Below are positions 60,911-64,000 of a stretch of DNA of 64,000 bases, piece by piece (position 1 is the stretch's first letter; every line of letters begins with the position of its first letter). Both the position numbers and the translations under genes were made by a program. The DNA is taken from the NCBI GenBank assembly GCA_963555985.3, contig OY820591.1:32001-96000 (forward strand), written 5' to 3'. The notes under the pieces were generated by a model, which saw nothing but the letters and a program-made list of their open reading frames with translations, did not search any database and had not been told where the DNA came from. The stretch is from Dehalococcoidia bacterium (GTDB taxonomy: Bacteria; Chloroflexota; Dehalococcoidia; Bin125).

Positions 60911-62104
60911 ATGAGCCGCACTAGCCCAGAACGTCAGCGAGAGCGCTCAGACTGGATCGGGCGGGCGGAATCCATCAGCCGGATCCTCAGCGATCACGCG
61001 GCAGAGTCGGCGCAGGCCAAAACACTCGCGCCCGCCGCCGTGACCGCGCTCGAAGACGCCGGCTTCTTCGCCATGGCCTCACCGCAAGAGGTGGGCGGAT
61101 ACGACGTCCACCCGGCTACCCAGGTAGAGGCGTTCGAGCAACTCGCCACCGCCGACGTCTCCAGCGGCTGGGTCGCCATGATCCAGGCCGAGACGCCCGG
61201 CATGGCCGGCTCCCACCTCGCCGACGGCCTCGGCCTCGATACGGTCTTCGGCAACGGCTTCCCTCGCATCGCCGGTACCGCCAATCCCGAAGGCGTCGCC
61301 ACTGCGCTGCCCGACGGCTCGTTTCGGCTCAACGGTCGTTGGTCGTTCGCCAGCGGTATTCGCCATTGCGGCTGGGTGTTGGCGAACTCGATCGTGCACA
61401 AGCAGGATGGATCGCGGCCCGCTCCCGAAGACGGCCTGCCGCCCGTGATCGGCTCCGTCGTGGAGCAGTCGCAAGTGATAATCGAGGACAGCTGGGACGT
61501 GATGGGTCTCGAAGGCACCGGCAGCTGCCATTACCGGATGCAAGACGTCGTTGTCCGCCCCGAGTTCACCACCCCCTTCGGCGGCGTCCACTCCAATCGC
61601 GGCGGACCTTGGTTCGAGAACCCGACGATCACCTTCCTCAGCCCCGGACACACCGGGATCGCGCTCGGATCGGCGCGCCGGGCGCTGGACCTGCTCAGCG
61701 GCGAGCTGACCAGCCGCACCCGCTTCGGCGCCGCCGGCGCAATCGCCGATCGCGGCGCCTTCCAGCGCGACTACGGCGAGATCTGCTGCCGCTACGAGGC
61801 CGCCCGCGCCTACGCCATGAGCGTGCTCGACGAAGCAATGGCCTTCCGCGAGGCAGGCGGACAAACCACGCCGGACCAGGATGCACGGATTCGCGGCATG
61901 GTCACTTGGGTCACCGACACCTGCGTCGACGTCGTCCGCTTCGCTCACCACACCGGCGGCGGAGCCGCCGCCTTCACCAACAGTCCGCTCCAGCAAGTCC
62001 TCCGAGACATCCTCGTCGCCAGCCAACACATCTTCGTCGCCGACAGCGCCTACGAGCGCACCGGAGCCCTGCGTTTGGGCCGCAAACCATCCAGCGTTCT
62101 CTGA
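60911..62104 (+). CDS. HsaA-like flavin-dependent monooxygenase
   Basis: LNGRWSFASG and WDVMGLEGTGS; close paralog of 237..1391. Confidence 0.87.
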   Translation: MSRTSPERQRERSDWIGRAESISRILSDHAAESAQAKTLAPAAVTALEDAGFFAMASPQEVGGYDVHPATQVEAFEQLATADVSSGWVAMIQAETPGMAGSHLADGLGLDTVFGNGFPRIAGTANPEGVATALPDGSFRLNGRWSFASGIRHCGWVLANSIVHKQDGSRPAPEDGLPPVIGSVVEQSQVIIEDSWDVMGLEGTGSCHYRMQDVVVRPEFTTPFGGVHSNRGGPWFENPTITFLSPGHTGIALGSARRALDLLSGELTSRTRFGAAGAIADRGAFQRDYGEICCRYEAARAYAMSVLDEAMAFREAGGQTTPDQDARIRGMVTWVTDTCVDVVRFAHHTGGGAAAFTNSPLQQVLRDILVASQHIFVADSAYERTGALRLGRKPSSVL

Positions 62105-62138
62105 TGACGCGGCCTGTCAGGGTCGCTAGCCTCGGCCT

Positions 62139-62741
62139 ATGGCGCTCGTACCTTTCCGCGGCTATTTTCCCTTCTTTGCGGCGATTGACGCTGCGCAGTA
62201 TTTCCTCTACATCGCCGGTGAGCACGGGGATCAGCTCAATCACCGACAACTCCAGAACCTGCTCTACTACGGTCAGGGCTTCTCTCTCATTTCACCTGGC
62301 AAACTTCTCTTCGACGAGCAGATCGAGGCCCGCCCGGAGGGCCCTGTCGTCGCCTCCGTAGCCGATCAGTACTCCGCCAGCGATGATCGACCGCTCGTGC
62401 TCTCAGAGTCGTTCTCTTCCAGGTCGGACACGATGGTTGCGAGCAGCCTCCTAGCTGAGCGAGTGGTCGCCCCCCTCTACATGCGCTTCAGACAGGCCAA
62501 CTGCGCTGAACTGACCCAACAGATCATGTCCGAACAACCCTTTCGCCGGGCAATAGCGAGTGACGGAATGATCGAACCAAGCGATCTCCTGCGCTGGTGG
62601 AACGAGCAGCTCGCACGCGAGCGCGCCAGCAGACCACGACCGAAGCCGGTGAAGCTGAGCGAATATCTCAAAGAACATCCCGAACTTGCCGCGCGTCTCA
62701 AGCAGTTGAATCCAGAAGCTGACGGGAACAGTCAGCCGTAG
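62139..62741 (+). CDS. Panacea domain (DUF4065/SocA-like) antitoxin
   Basis: A.YFL, LQNLLYYGQG and LFDEQIEA...GPVV; start uncertain. Confidence 0.75.
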   Translation: MALVPFRGYFPFFAAIDAAQYFLYIAGEHGDQLNHRQLQNLLYYGQGFSLISPGKLLFDEQIEARPEGPVVASVADQYSASDDRPLVLSESFSSRSDTMVASSLLAERVVAPLYMRFRQANCAELTQQIMSEQPFRRAIASDGMIEPSDLLRWWNEQLARERASRPRPKPVKLSEYLKEHPELAARLKQLNPEADGNSQP

Positions 62742-63022
62742 TGGAGCGCGAGCCAGCCGGATTCGACTTGTTCTACTCGGACAATGCGATGCGCGATTAT
62801 CAGGCGCTGGACCTCATCTCTATCGCGCGAGTGGACGAGATCATTGAATTCTTGCTGGAAGATCCCACCGAACAGAACCCGCAGGTACGCAATCTCTCAG
62901 GCGATGCCGCCGATGCCGTGTATCAGCTCAGTCGCAACAGCGTCACGGTCTACTACCGCATGGCCAACGCTCTGGTCGCTGAAGTGATCGCCCTGATCCC
63001 GCTCGATTTCGACGCCGACTAA
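62741..63022 (+). CDS. RelE/ParE-like putative toxin
   Basis: 93 aa; 1-bp overlap with the Panacea gene; L.EDP..R.LSG..VY.L...TVYY pattern. Confidence 0.55.
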   Translation: MEREPAGFDLFYSDNAMRDYQALDLISIARVDEIIEFLLEDPTEQNPQVRNLSGDAADAVYQLSRNSVTVYYRMANALVAEVIALIPLDFDAD

Positions 63023-63909
63023 CGCGCCGACTCCATCGCCGCGATCTGCTCCGACCAAGCCAATACGTTCTCGGCCTGTTCCAGCACCGGTTTGTCGATC
63101 ATCTGGCCGTCCAGCGCCACCGCGCCGAGGTTCTGGCTCACTCCCTCCTCATATGCATCCACGACCCTTCGCGCCCAGCTCACGTCCTCCTCTGGCGGGC
63201 TGAAGATCCGATTCGCGGGAGCGAGCTGATCCGGGTGAATGCAGAACTTGCCCTGGAAGCCGATCTCCTTCATCCGCCGCAGTTCGCCTTCATAGCCTTC
63301 TGGATCGCGGATATCGGTCCAGGGCGTATCGAGCGGGACGATCCCGGCCGCATGAGCCGCGTTGACCGACGCTCGCCGGGCCAGCTCCAGCTCTGCTCCG
63401 CGCTTGGTGCGGCGGACTCCGATGCTGACCGCATAATCTTCGCCGCCGACGCAGATGCCGACCAGCCGCTCGGAGGCCTGACAGATCTCGTATGCGTTCG
63501 ATACTGCGTGCGTGTTCTCGATCCAGGCTGCAATCGACACTTGTCCGTCGGCCAGGCCCCGCGCTCGCTCCAGCAGCGTCAGATAGTCGTCGATCCGCTC
63601 GATATCGCGCGCCGTTTCCACCTTCGACACGCTCACCCCATCGAGCCAGGGATGCACCAGCGCGTCGAGCTCCTGCTCGATCAGGCCGGTGTCGTAGCCG
63701 TTGGTGCGGACGAAGACGTTGCGCCCGCGCTTGGGGAAATCGGGCAGCACCTGCGCCAATAGCTTGCGAGCGGTCGGCTTGTCGTCCCAGGCGACCGAGT
63801 CTTCGAGGTCGAAGCAGAGCACATCCGCTTCCGCCTCGCGCGCCTTCTCGATGAAGCGCTCACGGATGCCGGGTACCGACAACATCGTTCGCATCACGGT
63901 GGCTGCCAC
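63019..63909 (-). CDS. CitE/HpcH-like citryl-CoA lyase family protein
   Basis: FDLEDSV, VRTN, GGEDY, GFQGK.CIHP.Q and DGQMIDKP. Confidence 0.92.
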   Translation of the reverse strand: MAATVMRTMLSVPGIRERFIEKAREAEADVLCFDLEDSVAWDDKPTARKLLAQVLPDFPKRGRNVFVRTNGYDTGLIEQELDALVHPWLDGVSVSKVETARDIERIDDYLTLLERARGLADGQVSIAAWIENTHAVSNAYEICQASERLVGICVGGEDYAVSIGVRRTKRGAELELARRASVNAAHAAGIVPLDTPWTDIRDPEGYEGELRRMKEIGFQGKFCIHPDQLAPANRIFSPPEEDVSWARRVVDAYEEGVSQNLGAVALDGQMIDKPVLEQAENVLAWSEQIAAMESAR

Positions 63910-64000
63910 TACGACGCCTCCTCTGTTTGCACTGCTTCGGACTCCGCTTCGGGCCGAGCGAAGATATCGCGCAGCCGTGCGATGTCGGACGGAAAGATGG

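Overview
High-GC bacterial chromosome segment. The gene orders dnaA-obgE-nadD(-gyrB) and rpsO-pnp-dapB-asd-dapA, plus expanded flavin monooxygenase and 2OG-dioxygenase paralogs, suggest Chloroflexota (Dehalococcoidia-like); this taxonomy is inference. The window spans a probable replication origin: dnaA with DnaA boxes on both sides and a box-GGCC-trio unwinding element near 31.5 kb. Housekeeping genes include gyrB, ychF, obgE, nadD, coaX, coaBC, pepA, rpsO, pnp, dapB, asd, dapA, murT, gatD and tatA. Catabolic genes include four HsaA-like monooxygenases plus one pseudogene, TauD, two PhyH, ECH, a CoA transferase, ACAD, MaoC, CitE and a carboxyltransferase. About eight small toxin-antitoxin, HEPN or nuclease modules are interspersed. 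The most unusual signal is non-coding: about 15 intergenic clusters of CGTC-tagged palindromes (dRS3/REP-like), nested inside MITEs with IS5-like ends that appear to insert into the loops of their own palindromes. A standalone GIY-YIG nuclease is symmetrically bracketed by the same REP doublets (REPtron-like but without a RAYT). A paralogous orphan HTH gene family has a conserved promoter with a LexA-like box, C/A-rich (G4-prone) tracts and 10-bp-period arrays. No CRISPR array, rRNA, tRNA or intact transposase was recognised.
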